This document shows positions 1 to 15,033 of a stretch of DNA of 64,000 nt, piece after piece. Under the pieces are notes generated by a model. It was given only the letters and a program-made list of their open reading frames with translations. It searched no databases and had not been told where the DNA came from. The translations under genes and the position numbers were made by a program. Location: the NCBI RefSeq assembly GCF_008831285.2, contig NC_045138.2, forward strand, positions 43,152,001 through 43,216,000, written 5' to 3'. How positions within the stretch are numbered: position 1 is the stretch's first letter; each line of letters begins with the position of its first letter. This DNA is from Nymphaea colorata. Taxonomy: Eukaryota.

Positions 1-53
1 CACAACACTGTAGCACTTGGGCCCCCTCATGAAAAAACTATGGCTCGGCCCTG
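1..53. mobile_element. Right end of a probable hAT-type MITE (runs off the window start)
   Basis: Ends TGGCTCGGCCCTG, the reverse complement of CAGGGCCGAGCCA, a CAGGG-type hAT terminus, preceded by GGGCCCCC. The partner TIR and TSD lie outside the window. Confidence 0.4.
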
Positions 54-1801
54 ACAGCGATCCAGGCTTCCGTGGGCGACTATAAGATAGATGACATTTA
101 GAAACGTTCAAAGTGTGTCACTAAATGCTTTCTATGGGAAACATATCGACCATGCCACAGAATGTATGGACGGCGGTTGTATTCAGTTCAAAAGTTCTCA
201 AACGCCACAAATCGAGACATTCTATGATGTTCAAGTGGTGCCATCGAAAAGTTTTCAGTGATGCCCGCGATATGTCCAGTAGACGCTTTTACTATCCTTC
301 TTTAAACGCTATTATTAGTGTCACTGAAGCTCCTTCAAAACGCCATTGTCGGATCATCGGTGACACTTGCTTAAAATGTCAATGTATAGCTTAGGGCCAG
401 CTTCAAGTGTCGTTAAAGGCCATTCAGTAACATACATCCCATGCCATATCCTGCATTTGATGGCAGATGAGAACTGTTATTAACGATTTTCGATGGCACA
501 TATCTCTAGCCTTCACAAATATTTTATGGCAATTTAAGAACACAACTAAAGACCTCTATGGTGAGCTAAAAATGCATGTCACTGGATATCTCTACTATCT
601 GTCAGGTTACTATTTCATAGAAAGTCAAAAACTGGAAAAATGACTTTTTTTGCTAATATAGAAAAACCATTTTCATTAAAATAAATTTTTTATACATCCC
701 AATGGAACGCTTCAACCCAATAAAAATTTCATTAAAATAAAATTTCTGATGATTGTGGACCACCAGATGGAAGGCTTCAACACACTTTAACAATAAATTT
801 GACCCTATTATATCATGATTACACACCATGAAACACAATCTCAAAACAGCTGCTGCCAAGTAATGCATATACAAGAATCTATCACTAAATAACACAAATT
901 ATACTCTTTAAAAACATAACTTGCAAGACAGGGAAAAATCTCATACAACTACATAATCCTTTACTTTAGACTATTGGCAAGCACTTTCCCGGAAGGAGTC
1001 AGGATTTTAAAGCGTCTTCTCCAGCCACATCTCCTTTTGCAAGGGGGAGGAAGAAGAGGAGAAAGTAAACCCATAGTTTACAAAGACATAAAGCATAAAC
1101 TAGTTTGCAAAGAAATAAGCACAAATAATGTGCTTGGTCATCTATGTGTACATTGCATGACAAACAAAAACTAGATGACATAGACATGCAAAACTAATCA
1201 GCCATATACTTGCTCAGAGGGGAAATTGAATATAAATATGCAAGGACATCACAGATTCTATTTAAAAGGAAAATTTAGATGATATAGTAGGTCTTGCATA
1301 GGTCGTCAAACACCTGGTAAGGAAGATGACTTCCCAGCCATGAATGTGTTGCCTATTTATAAAGGTGACCGAGAGTACTTACACACTCTAACAAGAAGCT
1401 CCATGGAGTTCAAAGTAGTTGTACCTCTTGGTAGCATCAAAATTTAGTTGTTGAACTAAAGTTGAATCACGAAGCAACTATTTGTCGTAGGTTCACTGTT
1501 TGATGATGTACCTACAAAGTATGCTTTATAATATTTCCCTTCAAGTGTCTTCAAGTCTAGAGGATAGTTGTAGGTGTATCATTTGCAACATAAGCAATTA
1601 TTGATCAAAATACTAGTTTTATCAAAATAAAACAAGAGTTTAATTGTAAGATACTTAAAAATTGGTCAAGAGGCAGAGCAAGCAACCAATCAAGGGGCTG
1701 AATGAAAGAAAAGGAAATTTTCTTCTAGAAGCCAACCTTTTAGCCATAATCCCAATAACAGCCATTGGCTTTTTTGATAGTTTCCAAATTGAGGCCTTAA
1801 G

Positions 1802-1834
<33 letters not shown>

Positions 1835-3445
1835 TGGTAGGTACCTGGCCACTTGCATAAGGGATAAAAACCAAACCTCTTAAATTCATGTTGACAAGTG
1901 TTTTCAACAAAATATGAACCTTCTAATGTGTTTATGAACACTAATTTAATATAAATCTTGCTTTAATTTGAGTCATTTTTGTAAAAAATTTGATCGTTAT
2001 GCTACCAAATCTTTGATGTTATAAGGGCCGTTCATTTTTTTTACTATTAAAAAAACATAATTTAAGTAAGAAAACAACTAACTTCATATATATATTTCTC
2101 ATCGAATCACTCTTAAGAACATATCTATAAGTATAAAAATATATATTTTTAATATTAATTCCAATAGGTCAGGTTTTGTCTATTACCCAAGTGGTCTAGT
2201 TTTTTTACCAACTTTCCAATATATATAAGTGTAACGTTTCATCAACCTCATTATAGTTTATGACCATGTTGCATATTAAGCTTATAAAGAATTGCATGTT
2301 TGTGAGGTTATAGTTATCATTTGGTGGCAGCAATTGGCAGCAACAACAGTAATAGTAGCACTTGTTGATGTAGAACAACTGCAATATGGGCAATTATGGT
2401 GGTAAATCCTTTGACCTAAAAAGTTCTTGCAAACTGATTGGAAATGATAGCAAATTGAAAACAAGAATACTCATTGGTAACAGGAAGTTCCTGCAAATTA
2501 TTCGAGCAAGTACCAATTTTATGCTGACTTTTCACATCAGAAGTTGCAGATTTTGATGCCCAAGGCATGTTGAGCTACATGTAAAGATTTTATAGATGCA
2601 AAGATGAGTGTCTTAATGCCTAAATGTAAAGAAAAAAGTTAATCAGCCGCCATCAATTAAAATTTTAAAGTTGGCTGCCATTATTATCTTTATTTAACAA
2701 TTGCATAACAAAATTTATTCCAACTTATACATATGCTACTATTGGCAAGTTGCTATTTGCTCACGTTAATGCTGAAGTGTTCATACTGTTATAGAAAGAG
2801 GCACAACTCATGCGGCTAGGCCATTCGTAACAAATAAAAAGATAAGTTGATTGTTACTATGCTCCTCAAAGCAGTATGAAAGTTAATACTTGCTGACAGT
2901 TACCTCTCTAATTTTAACTCAAATCACATAAAGCATGTATCATATGAGAATTGCACCATCTCATTGTGATCTTCCAAGAGTTCAATGCCCATTGTTCATC
3001 TCCCCTTCAAGAGTTCAATAACGAAATGCTCATCACTGGCCATAAAAAGGACAAATCTACCAAATATAAGAAAGATTTTCTATTTATTTGATTCATTCAA
3101 AGTGTTAGATAAAACTCAACCTCAATCAAGTACTAGACAATGCGATCAATATTCAATCCTATAGCTTTCATTGATCTTTCTAATTCAAGCTATCCAAGTT
3201 CAGGTTTAAACACATATGCATATTTACCTTATCACCAATCTCGTCAATCAAATAAGGTGTACTATGATTCACACTTTTGAAGGACCAAGACATACACAAA
3301 CTTTTGTCCCATCTTTAGGGGAAATGAAGAAATATTGGGAGAGTAAACACATGATAAAAAAAGTTCATTAAGTTGCTAAAAAGACTGTACATTTATTTTG
3401 TCCCTCTATTAGCAAAGTTATGGCCACTATTCATGAGTTTTACCG

Positions 3446-3551
3446 AAATGGTGACCTATGTACATGTGGTTGGTGATTATGAAGCTTAGTTCAAGAAATG
3501 GTGACCTATGCACATGTGATTACCAAAATGGTGACCTATGTACATGTGGTT
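3446..3551. repeat. Three near-identical copies of a ~26-bp unit
   Basis: AAATGGTGACCTATG(T/C)ACATGTG(G/A)TT at about 3446, 3496 and 3526. Confidence 0.85.
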
Positions 3552-3728
3552 GTTCAAGAAACAGAACAAAAAAGCAAGCCCGAGACACCCTTGCATTTCC
3601 CTGCGTCGGCTTCCTCTTTCCTCACCTGTCCTCTTGCTCTCTTCCCCTACCGGTGCTGAGGAAGCTATCGCTGATTTCCGGCCTGCAGGAGGATGGAGCA
3701 TAGGATCAAAATGGTAAGCCCTCTTGCG

Positions 3729-3746
3729 TCTCTCTCTCTCTCTCGG

Positions 3747-3788
<42 letters not shown>

Positions 3789-3811
3789 CACACACACACA
3801 TACACACACAC
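3729..3811. repeat. Compound microsatellite (TC)n-(TA)n-(CA)n
   Basis: Directly visible dinucleotide runs. Confidence 0.9.
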
Positions 3812-6800
3812 ACTCATATTTATAGATCAGCTCTCACAATGGCCATCCGTTACCCAGCACCATCCCACACCTTGATCCACTGTCAGGAGTGTTGACAGCC
3901 TGCTCGCTCTCTAGCCACCGTAAGAATCCGCCAAAGACCAATGCTTGATTTCGCCTAAAATGTGATTTTTGCAATCTGGATAGAGATTTAGCATACATTG
4001 TGGCTTTCAATTTTTTTTTCATTGTTTTGTTTTTCTTTTGACGGCATGGTCAATGGTGACTCTCACTCTCTTCTCTGAATATCTATTTCTCCTTATCCCC
4101 ACAACACCCACATTCCCCTGTTTTTCTCGTTTGCATGCACCGTTGCATGAGAGTGGGTTCTCATTGCAGTGGTGGAAGTGGCTTCTCACTACGTGGTGTT
4201 AAAGGGGGACATGATGGTTGTCTCTATAGTTGGTAGCTGGTTTGACCTGATCAACTTGCCTACTTGTTTGACTTCTTCTTTCTTCATTATTAATTAATTT
4301 CTAAACTTTACGATGTCACTGTATCTTTGTAAAGCCCAATTTAACAATCTAAATTATGTGGCAGTTCACGAACTTCATGATCTGCTCTAACGTGAAAATT
4401 TTGAGATTGAATGAGTTCATTTAATGTAGGCAACAGCTCAGTTTTAAGTTAGACCATTTTGAGAGATGGGAGGATATTTAACAAAACTTAAACTTCTTAA
4501 CATTTGCTTTCATTGTCGATGAGAAATAAGGTACCATTCTCTGTTTCATTTGCCCATTACATACCTCATTACTTCAAGTACGAAGAAAATATCAAGAGTA
4601 TAGAAGCTGCAAGAAAAGGAGGGGAAAGTGTGTGCAAGACGGTGGATAAGAAACTTATGTCAATGATGAAGTTGGAAAAGCATCTTATCAAGGAGAAGAA
4701 GGCCGAGTAGGAGTGGAAGACGCCTCACTCACTCACTCTCTCTCTCTTCTCCTCCTATACTTTCGTTGTAGGCTGCACAGTTTGGTTTTACATTAGTGTA
4801 TCAATGCATTGTGGATCTGTATTTACCATTTTTTTTTACCTTGCAAGTATAATGATATTCATGTACATTAAATAGTTGAGAAACATGATTCTCGCATAGC
4901 ATTTTAATTTTCAATTTTTTAGTCTCTCATGCCTAGCCAAGTCCATAATGGCCTCGTGGAAAATGACTGGAAACCCTTTGGGTGAACCTCTCCAATTCCT
5001 TCTTCTTGTTCAAATAAAACCTTTGGCTTCATATTAAGATTGTTAACCTGGAAATCCTTTGGATTAGTACATATTAAGTTCCATTAACCTTTGAAATGAA
5101 CTTTGTGGTTAACCAGGTAACCCTTTGCATTAGGTCATCGTAACATGTAGTTCATAATAATCATGTTTCAATTTGAGGAATATGAATTTCAAAATTTGGG
5201 TCCAGAGACAAATTAAGTATGATGATTATTTGATGGGATCCATTTAGTCGCTTTACATAATTAAGTTAACTGAGTCATTCGGTTCTAATATAATCACGAA
5301 TACAAACATGCTTCTTGGCTAGGACTCTTGTCATGGCCAATAAGTTAGTTGGCAATTGCCAAAAAAGTTTTTGGCAAACTTTGTCATAGGTCTTGTGCCC
5401 AAAAACTATTCAGCAAGGGCTGAGCTGCTGCCAATAAGTTTTTGGCCACAACTACAAACCTTTTTTGGCCACAACTTTCCAATGTTGTGATTATACAATA
5501 TGTATATATTTTATACAATATCTTGTATTCAAGAATAGAAACTTTTATGTTATTATTGATCAAAATTAATAGTTGGTGAACTAATATCAAGCCCTCTTCA
5601 TCAACCTTCAAACTGGCATCGTGTCTCCGCGACACTTTTATTATCTACATGCAAAGAAACATGTGTCAATTAAAAACAAACATGCATGCAACAACATTAG
5701 GAAGTGTAAATAGGTATTGCTAGTTAAAAATAACAATAAAGAACCTCGCAAAGAAAATACACGTCCTCCCCTTGAAATACGTGAGCATGTCTCTGAGAGA
5801 TTCAAGTTCATCTCTTCTATTTTTTTCAATGAAAGTCAAACTAAAAGAGTTGAAATTAACACCATAGATAGCACTAAAGTACAATTTGGAGATAATCTAA
5901 CAAAAAACATTGATAAATCAGTTTTTGGCTAATGAAATAGAAAACTCATAAAAAAGTGTGATACTTCTTCGTCCTTTTTACTCTTTGTGCATGTGCATAA
6001 TAGAGAGCCAATTTAGATTAGACAAATAAAAAAATCAAATAATTTCTTGTAAAAACTTATGTGAGGTACTTGTTTCCAGACTCCTTTACATTTTTAATGA
6101 TGCAAAATTTTGGGATGCCATTATAATCTGTCCTGAAGATGTCAATACAAGTTGAGAACAAGCTCTCAAATGTGAGATATGGCCAAATTATATCAATAAA
6201 GTATGAAGATGATCCCAAGTGTCCACATAATTAGTAATACATTTAAAAGAAGAGAAGACATTGCACTATCACCACATTGTTGACATTCCTTTGCTCAATA
6301 GCATATTTGATCCCCAATGATAAACATATGCTTCAATCTAATTGCAAAGTAGCAACCCTTAGAATAGATTTCTTTTGTCTAAAAAATAAAGATGCTCAAT
6401 AAGTTCCACAGAAAGAGGTAGTCAATGGCAAGAAAGAACAATTGGTAGCACATTTCACAATAATGTTAGAACTAGAAAACATCTTAAATGCATCAAGCAG
6501 CCTCAAAAGAAGAAATAATGCAAAAGCTGGTATGGTACTATTTGATGTACAAACTTCATAAAACCACCAAATTGTAAGCTATCTAGGATATCAGGTCAAC
6601 TTATAAATGTTTTTGTTAAAACAGTAGTTAGATCTATTAATTGGTCCAGCATGTGCACTATTTGCTTTTTAGTCAAAAGAAAAGGTAAGTTAAGGACATG
6701 GAAAATGACATTCTTTTGTGAAACTGACTCCAACACTAAGAAATTACTATCTTAGATATACATGTGCTAACTGAAAAACTTATTTTTAAATTTTCTCTCT

Positions 6801-9800
6801 TATTTTTAAGAGAGAGAGAGGGAGAGAGAGAGAGGAGATCTAAATGGAAAACTTTTGTTTTGAAAGGTTTTCCTTTTTTGTAAGAGAGAGAGAGATTGGA
6901 CATTATCACAATCTAGGTAGTTTGTCTTTAACCATAGTTAGATATGTGAATGAAGCAATACATAGGTGGAAGTAGACACAGTATCTGAAACCTTAAAAAA
7001 CTTTCGATCATATACCCTCAATGACATAAAAGAAAACATGTAATTTATCATAAACCAGCTTACCAGAATGAAGATGTAATATAGAGGATCCCATTAAGTA
7101 ATGTTTTTATAGCCAACTCGTGCATCTATAAAATAAGCATAGACACAAGGGTTAGATTATTAAAACAAGGCATAGCCTAATGAGCTCAAGTAGGCTATAT
7201 AAGTCAGCCAAGTTAAAAGTTTATACAGATCTTTTAGCCCCTTTAAAAGAACCCAATCAAAGCCCACAAAAAGTCAAAGTTGTGACCATTCATCAACAAA
7301 CAAGAAAATTTAGTTAACACTTTGCATACATAATTCTACTTGGTGCAAAAGTCTAATAAACCTATTCTATATACATGCATGCAATCAATTACCACAAAAT
7401 TAATTGACAGAATGCAAACAAGATAATATGACAGAACATAAAGCTTAGTTAACTTATGTAACACATAAAATAGAATCTAAACTAAGGACCACCTTGTGCT
7501 GGAGTCAAGCAAAATAGCAAACAAAGACTAAACCTAAATTTGATAATATTGTGTGTATTGTATAGAATCTCATATTATGTGTAAATGAATGCTAACATTT
7601 AATAGTGATCTTGGGCCTCCGCTAGATTTGCAAACTGTGTCCCTAGCTGAATTGTTGTTTTTTTTCATTTTTCTTTCAAAGTTTGTTCTTTGCCTGTAGC
7701 TTATTCTCAAATTCATTCTGCCTTGCTGCTAATGAAAAATCCATCTTTGGCCATTTTACCAAGGGGTTCAAATCAATTCTTGACATGAAAAATTCTGTCA
7801 AGGCTTATTCATTACAAATGCAAGGAAAGCTAGAAAGTTGAAAAATATAGTGTAACTAAGCATTGATATGGAGAAATATTGTTTTCCAAAAGAGAGGTGA
7901 AGGGGTGGGCCTGAATCAATATTTTTAAAATGAATTTTGGTCATGAAAAGGTGGAAAATTTTGTGTAACAATGTGAAAGGCTACGCATCAATGGAGACAT
8001 GAGACTTGCCCTTAGATACGACTGGTGAATGCCTTTATGGCTTTACATATTGATAAAGACGCAATACCAATAAGATGCCAAACACAATTACCATCAACAC
8101 GATGACATTAAATGGTGAAATTTTCCAGTAAGTCTTTCTCCCTTTTAATGCCCATGTTACTGCTTAACTTTAATCTTCATAAAAACAAAAGATGACCTTC
8201 CAACACAGAATGGGGAGACTAGTTTTGATGCAAATCCACTAAAATTATACAAGTCAGCTGTGAATACTTTAAAAAACAAGAAATCTTAGACTTGAAAACA
8301 AAAACTACCTAGAAACAAATGTCACCATGTAAGATTGGCACCACCAATCAAAAAAGGCACAACTATAGCCAGATCATTGTTCTTATTGACATGCGGCTAA
8401 AAAATGAATGAAATTGCAATATGCCTTTTTGAGCAGCATTAGTAAGTGTAAAATTAAATTGAATCAGCCAAGCTGCTGATTTAGTTTAATCGATTATGAA
8501 TCAATAAAAAAAATATTATATCCGTTTTTTCAGAAACTAAAAGGAAATGAATAAAAAGATTAAAGAAAAAGCTCCATTAAAAGGACTAAAAAAAGGTAAA
8601 AATGTGTGACACTTTACACCCTTGAATATGTTGATAATTTCAATAGATTTGCAAATTTGGGTCCTAATCCAGGGTTGGAACTTTCAGATGTTCAACAATT
8701 GTCTTACCATCCTCGATCTGAAAAATGATCATATGCATAGTGATGCAACTTCAATTATTCATTTTATATAAACTTCATTTTTTTTTTATCAACAAAGAAG
8801 GCCCAGTAGGCGATTTTGGGGATCAGATGCCATTGAAGTCCACAAAAAGAAAATCAGGCTTATTTTCACAAGGAAAGATGAGGTATAGTTTAGCACTTTC
8901 ACAAACTCTTTGTCTGAAAAAAGAGACGGTCGGTAGGAGACACTTCTCTCACACAATGGTGCCTGCAAATGGGAAAAAAACATATTGAATGGTAAATCTC
9001 CGTCCAGATCACAAGATTCATAAACCCTAACTCGAAAGACAGCACCGAATAAAGAAAAGGGAGATATCCAAAGTGAATAGCAAAATGAGATCAAAGAGCA
9101 TCACTTGGTCCACCTTAAGAAAACTAGCCTTTTGATACCTTGAGCTTTTCTTCATGAGAGATGGGTTTTATCTTGGTGGAAATGAAGAGGATGCACATAT
9201 CTTGAGAAAGAGAGAGAGAGAGAGAGCGTGAGATATAGAGACACAGGGAAAAATCGGCAGCGGGCTCACCTCAGGGCTGTAAATAGCAGCAGCTCGTGGC
9301 TGACTGAGGGCTCGCCTTGGTTTGCTGGAGGAGATATATATATATATATATATAGATGTAAACTTTCTTGTTACACTAGTGCGTCATCATAACTAGCACG
9401 ATGAAGCACAGCCCTCTGATAATTTAAAATTAGATAGTCTATTCTTAATGGCCTTAAAAGAAAATAAATACAAAAAAGGAGCCCAATGAAGCCCACGTAT
9501 TCCTCCCGTGCACAGCCTCTCCCCCATTCCTTGTCCTGTCCCTCTCTCGGAGAATATCTATATATATTGTAGTGTTTTTTAATTTGGTGGTATTTCTTTC
9601 TAAATATGTGTCCTCACATTTTGAAGTTGAATTCAATCAGCTTAAATTATGCACTTTATTTGTACTATGACATTTGAAAAGAAATTTTCCTCTGCCATTT
9701 TTTATGTAATGCTATCTTATTATTTACATAGCACCTAAAAGTTAGGTTAGGCAAATCGGTATAATATTGGTGGATGTACAACATTGAAAGATATGTACAA

Positions 9801-11599
9801 ATAACATCTCTTTGTAGCTTCGGGGAACATGCTCTAAGAAATCAAAAATTATTTAACTTGGATAGTTTAAGTCTTCAATAAGGACTTGCATATTTATTAT
9901 TTAATGATACTATAGCATTGTACCTTCAGTAAGACATTATTTTTCATGCTTATTAATCAATATTAGTTTATATTATTAATTGAATGTTTCAAACTATTAT
10001 TGTAAAAAGCATTTGAAACTAGTCAAGTGAAAGTTATAGAAGTGTTTCTGATTTGAGTTTCTGATTTGGTTTTAAACTTATGAGAAACAAGTTATTTACA
10101 AATAACTTACTATAATTTCTGGGGCATATCCCTCTCCTTTCTCATCTACTTATACTTATGTTCCAAAAAAAAATCCATTATTTGCAGCATATGAACAAAA
10201 AAAGCAAGATAAGAATCCATGATCCATGTAGGTGCTTCAAAAAGCATTGTACTGATCATGCAACTACCTGAAAAGAGGGTCAAATAATTTAGTTAATATT
10301 TTGCAAAAGAACAAAAGAAAGCATGAAATATGTAAACCATAAAATGTATATATCATGCAACATGTCAAAGAGAGGTTGTTAGACATCTCCATTCATGAGC
10401 AAAAGTGAATGTGCATCTCATCCAGTCTTGGGACTTGAACAATCACATCATTCATTTTCTCAAGTTGGAACTTTGCTATTGTCAAGCTTTATATTAATGC
10501 ACTTACATCATGAAGTAGTTGAGATCAAGATGGTGTTGGACCAAACGAATCTAATGAATGAACCCCTAGACCATATGTTTGTACGCAACTGTGATTTTTC
10601 TTTTCCAAAATTTGTGAAAAAACATCTATTTGTGGGACATCATCTCTTGAACCCTCTAGCAATATAGAAACTTTTTTTGCAATCCTACCCTGCAGAAATG
10701 GCATTATTTGCAAGTGTGTGCATCAAGTTCACATTAACAAAACAACATAAGGAACAATCTTAGCAACTTACTAATACTTCACTTGCTTTTGCATTATGAT
10801 AACCTTGTTTTTTGGTTGTATGAGTCACCATGAAAATATCAAGCCATGACGGTTCATTCTCATCTTCCTTCACCTATATTAAAAACAAAATATTACCCAT
10901 GTAGTACCATAAATGATAAAATAAAAGTGTGACTTAGAGTTCCAATATTGCACACAGTCAAGAAGCACAATCATCAAGAACTGTTTGATTTGAGCATATG
11001 TTCTCACACAACAAGATTATTTAATAAGAACTGAAAATTCATTGAACAAAACAGCTTACAACTAGACAAACAGGCCACTACTCAGAAACAAGAACATACT
11101 ATGTCTATTTAGAGGTGAAATATAAAGAAGAAGAAAAGGGTTAGCCGTTGAGCTAGGTCCAATGGTTAGAAGACTACTGTTGAGACTATTCAATAGGTAG
11201 TACAGTTGCAGCAACTGCAGCAACAAAATAGAAATAAAATATACAATAAAATAAAATATATAAAAAAATAAAATGAAAATACAATTCTAAAATCATAATA
11301 TGTGTATATGCTATGTTTCAAATCACATATTAGTCTAAACAAAGGGGATATGTATCATGTACTAAAAAGAAAAATCAATACTTACCTTTCTAGAATGAAA
11401 AAGTGTGAAACTCATTGTCCCGGTTGTGTGTGCAAATTTTTGTTTTCAAAGATTGATGGTCGTTGCCAATGTTGAAGGTGTACATCTACCCTTTAACAAT
11501 GGTTGAATGACTTCAATGACTTTTGGCTGGAAAACACTTATGAGTTGATCAAGATGAAAGGAACTTGATTTTTTCTTTTCTTCTTGGATGGGAGCAGCC

Positions 11600-12465
11600 A
11601 CATTGCTTTTCTTGTCAACAGTTTTTAACTTTGGACATTTGGGTTTAATATGTCCTTCTTCTTGACCATGATAAAAAATAATCTTTTTCTTTCATCCTTT
11701 ATTTGATCGGTTGAAATATGGAGGTCAATAAGGCTTTAAGTAGGCCCCCAACCTAGATGTAGCCAAAACATTGCTAGTTTTTTCTCTATCAAGGTTTAGC
11801 TGATTCTCTTCCATCTGAAGTTCAGCAATAGCATCATTCATAGATGGTGTTTTAGAATGATGAAGCAATGAAGTTTTAGTACCATCAAATTCAGGTTTTA
11901 GATCAATGATAAACTTATAAAATTTATCACGTTAAATTTGTTTTTTCCTTAAAACAATATCTTATGCATCAACCCAATGTGGTTTAAATATGCTCAACTC
12001 ATCGTACAATTGATTCATTTCAGCCACATAGTCTTTAATAGATCTATATCCTTGTTGGAGATTGTGAATCTTAAGTTGAATATTATGCATATATGTTATG
12101 TCCTTCATAGTATGAATTTTTTTTAAGTATTCTCATGCTTCTTGAGTAAAATTTAATTTTGAAATCTGCTCACTAGTAGCATTGTCTACGCATATCAATA
12201 TCCATGCAATAATTTTGTGATGGCCTACCTTCCTCTTTTACTTCTTATTATACTCAGTCACAACGTTTTCCTTTTCCATTCCATCCAATTCTTTAGCCTT
12301 TCCATCAACAACTTTGGTCAATACTAATTGAGGTTCAATTTTCGTTCCATCAATTACTCCCCAAAGGTTTTTACTATAGACGAAATGCTCCATAGTTTTA
12401 GCCCATTGAATATAGTTTGTTAATGAAAATTTAGGAAAGGTAAGAGAGGAAACTTTTTCATCCAT
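11600..12465 (-). pseudogene. copia gag remnant with stops and frameshifts
   Basis: N-terminal NY..W...M......LWG.IDG motif typical of plant copia gag, and a degenerate CCHC knuckle downstream. Confidence 0.7.
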
Positions 12466-12647
12466 TGAATAAGGCCAACAAAGATAATCTACTTACAGTT
12501 TTAGAATTCCCTTGAAGAGATCTTTTACTTTGATAAGCAATGCTTGCTAGCCACGTGAAGAAGAAATGATCCCAGCAGCAAAAATAATCCATAGGCCCCC
12601 AAGCAGTAGGAGATAAGAATTCAGGTTTGTGGAACAAGCCCCCTTAA

Positions 12648-14723
12648 GGCCATGTTTGATGCACAAGAAAAATCTTGTGCACCAGTTGAAAAGTGTACGG
12701 GCGAGTGAAATTTCACCCATTCACCTCACGATGAATCAAACGTCATGAAATTTCATCCGAAAAACTCGTACGATCGGGTGAAATTTCACATGGAAAAAAG
12801 TCTGCCCTTGCAGGACAGACTTTTTTGTGCAGATAATATTGAGAGCCGTTAGGGCTCTCGAATTTTCCCCTTGTTTCCCCGTCGACGCCCTTCCACCCCT
12901 CTCCTCTCTTACTGCCTCACCTCTCTCGCTCTCTCGTTCCTCTCCTCTCTCGCTGCCTCTCCTCTCTCGTTTCTCTCCTCTCTCACTGTTCTTTCTTCTC
13001 TTGTTTTCTCGTTCCTCTCCTCTCTCACTGTTCTCTTGTTGTCTCGTTCCTCACCCATCTCTCTTTACTCTCTCTTCACATGCAGGCCTTCATCTGCAAT
13101 AGGAAATTTGTGTCAATCCCTCACCCATTTGCTCCATTACTCAGGTATGCCTCTTTTATGTCTCGCAATTTCTGGTTGCTCCATCACTCAGGCTTCTATG
13201 TCTCGCAATTTCTGGAAATTAGCTCAACATTGATGCTAATTCCTAGTTCATCGGATATAATCTGCATCAGTATTTTGTGATTGGCCTTTTCTTCTTTTGG
13301 TCTTGTAATGTTAAATTTGCTAATGTGGTTGTCAATTGCCATCAATTTATGTTGAAGTTGCCTGAAATTCTTCTACATCCAAGACTCAGAAAAATGAAGC
13401 CAAGATAGCTTGAACTCTTGCTTTGAAAATCCCCATTTTTAACAAACTATGATCACCAGGAAGCTCTACTAGTCAAGGCTTCTTTACACACATATTTGAT
13501 ATCTTCACAGAAGCATATCAAAAAATGAAAACTTTGAAGGTGTTTATAAGACTGTCCCTACTTGGTCTTGCATCCTTGCATGTGAACGGTTGAGTGTGAT
13601 TCTCTATAGGTTGCTTTAATCTCAAACTGAAGGAGTGACTGAGATTGCAGTGTGTTGTCGTCTTTGCACTGATTAAGGGGATCTAAATGCACAACATCTT
13701 GTTCAAAGCAGTAGAATGTTATGATAAAATCTCTTTTAGTGAAAACTGTGTAAGTGAACAAAAAATATTTGATTGCAATCTATTGAAAACACTGTGCACC
13801 AAATTGCTTCAGGGCTGCAAGGGCCTAATGGTGGCACCAGCAAAAACAACACCATGTGATTTTTTGATATTCTGAATTTCATGTGATTTCAAAGCATCAA
13901 AGGCACTCTCTCCAGTTTTAGAAGGCATTGAGAAAACGAAATTATGATTCTTAGTTGAAAATCCACTTCCTTTGGATACTGCAATTCAGGATCACGAGAT
14001 TGTTCCTGTGATCAACCATCTAAACTCATAGTTGTAACTGATCATCCATGGATTACCAAATTAAGTAGTTGGTTCGTTTATTTCCTTTTCTTCAAGGCTG
14101 GTTGCTTTCTCCCAATGAAGTGTTAACAGCATGGCATTTCTTCAGTCAATTGTACATCAATTCAAAATCAAGTTCTGCTTTTTGACTAAACTGGCCATGT
14201 GCCAATCCAGCCAAGTCATATGATTCTTTAATTGACCTTTTTATTCTCTCACTACTGTTGGATGAAGTTAATTTTGTTGTTGATCACCTTTGCTAACTTT
14301 TTACTCTCTTAACTGACATGCATTGGTTATGCATCTCCGTGAGTATGAAGAACTTGTTGAAGGCTGCTTTGTCCTTACATTTTCCCCTTTGGTGGCTCTC
14401 ATTTTAATCTTCACATGCTTTTGTATTAGAATTGGTGAGAAGAAGATTCTTCATTATGTTCTTTAACTTTGTCTCTTGACCTGTTTCAACAAGTGCCAGT
14501 CTCTCATATATTTTACCTTGTGCACCAAACACAGTTAATTTTACCCTGCAAAAAACTACCTTGTGCATCAAACAGGGTTAATTTTATCACGTTAAATTCT
14601 ACCATGTTATCAAACAGAGCCTCAGATTGGAAAAGAGAGAAATTTCATTCTGTAAATTTTTCCAGAAAAATTTACCATGGTAAATTTACCACGTTAAATT
14701 CTTTCCTGCCATCAAACGGGCCC
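12648..14723. mobile_element. Non-autonomous PIF/Harbinger element, ~2.08 kb, nested in the copia 5' UTR
   Basis: Imperfect TIRs GGCCATGTTTGATG / CATCAAACGGGCCC, with TAA on both sides (12645-12647, 14724-14726). Subterminal AAATTT(C/A)(A/C)C and CATCAAAC repeats. No transposase recognised. Confidence 0.8.
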
Positions 14724-14913
14724 TAATAGAAATATATCAAATTGGATTCCAGCAAAAATCTGATACTATAGATGTAGTCTTCAGCAGGAAATAGACAACA
14801 ACTTGACAAAACTTTATCAATACACAACCTGATCAGTACCAAGATAAATGATGTGTTGTTCTTTTAGCAGAACTTTATCATTTCAACCACAAAAATCTCT
14901 CAAACTGAGCCTA

Positions 14914-14925
14914 GCTCTGATATCA
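14914..14925 (-). promoter_or_regulatory. Degenerate tRNA-iMet primer-binding site
   Basis: TGATATCAGAGC, one mismatch from TGGTATCAGAGC, directly abutting an LTR end. Confidence 0.7.
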
Positions 14926-15033
14926 TGTAAACTTGAAAATGTTGTCCAAAACTAACTCAACACTCAAGCTGAAATAACAGCTACAAAGATGTATTAGAGA
15001 CTGAAGAGAATCAGGCACAAAAGCCTTACAAAG

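Noticed and set aside
54..8150. Possible large non-autonomous CACTA element (GTGTCACT.AA-like motifs at 54-600; exon-like AG/GT segments on the minus strand, e.g. ~1382-1511)
   Set aside because: No CACTA/TAGTG terminus, TSD or recognisable protein, and the exon-like pieces contain stops.
10928..11341. Possible small solo LTR (TG...CA, LTR-like composition)
   Set aside because: No matching TSD and only weak terminal inverted repeats.
12827..13233. Ser/Leu-rich ORFs
   Set aside because: Translations of a CT-rich low-complexity tract inside a transposon.
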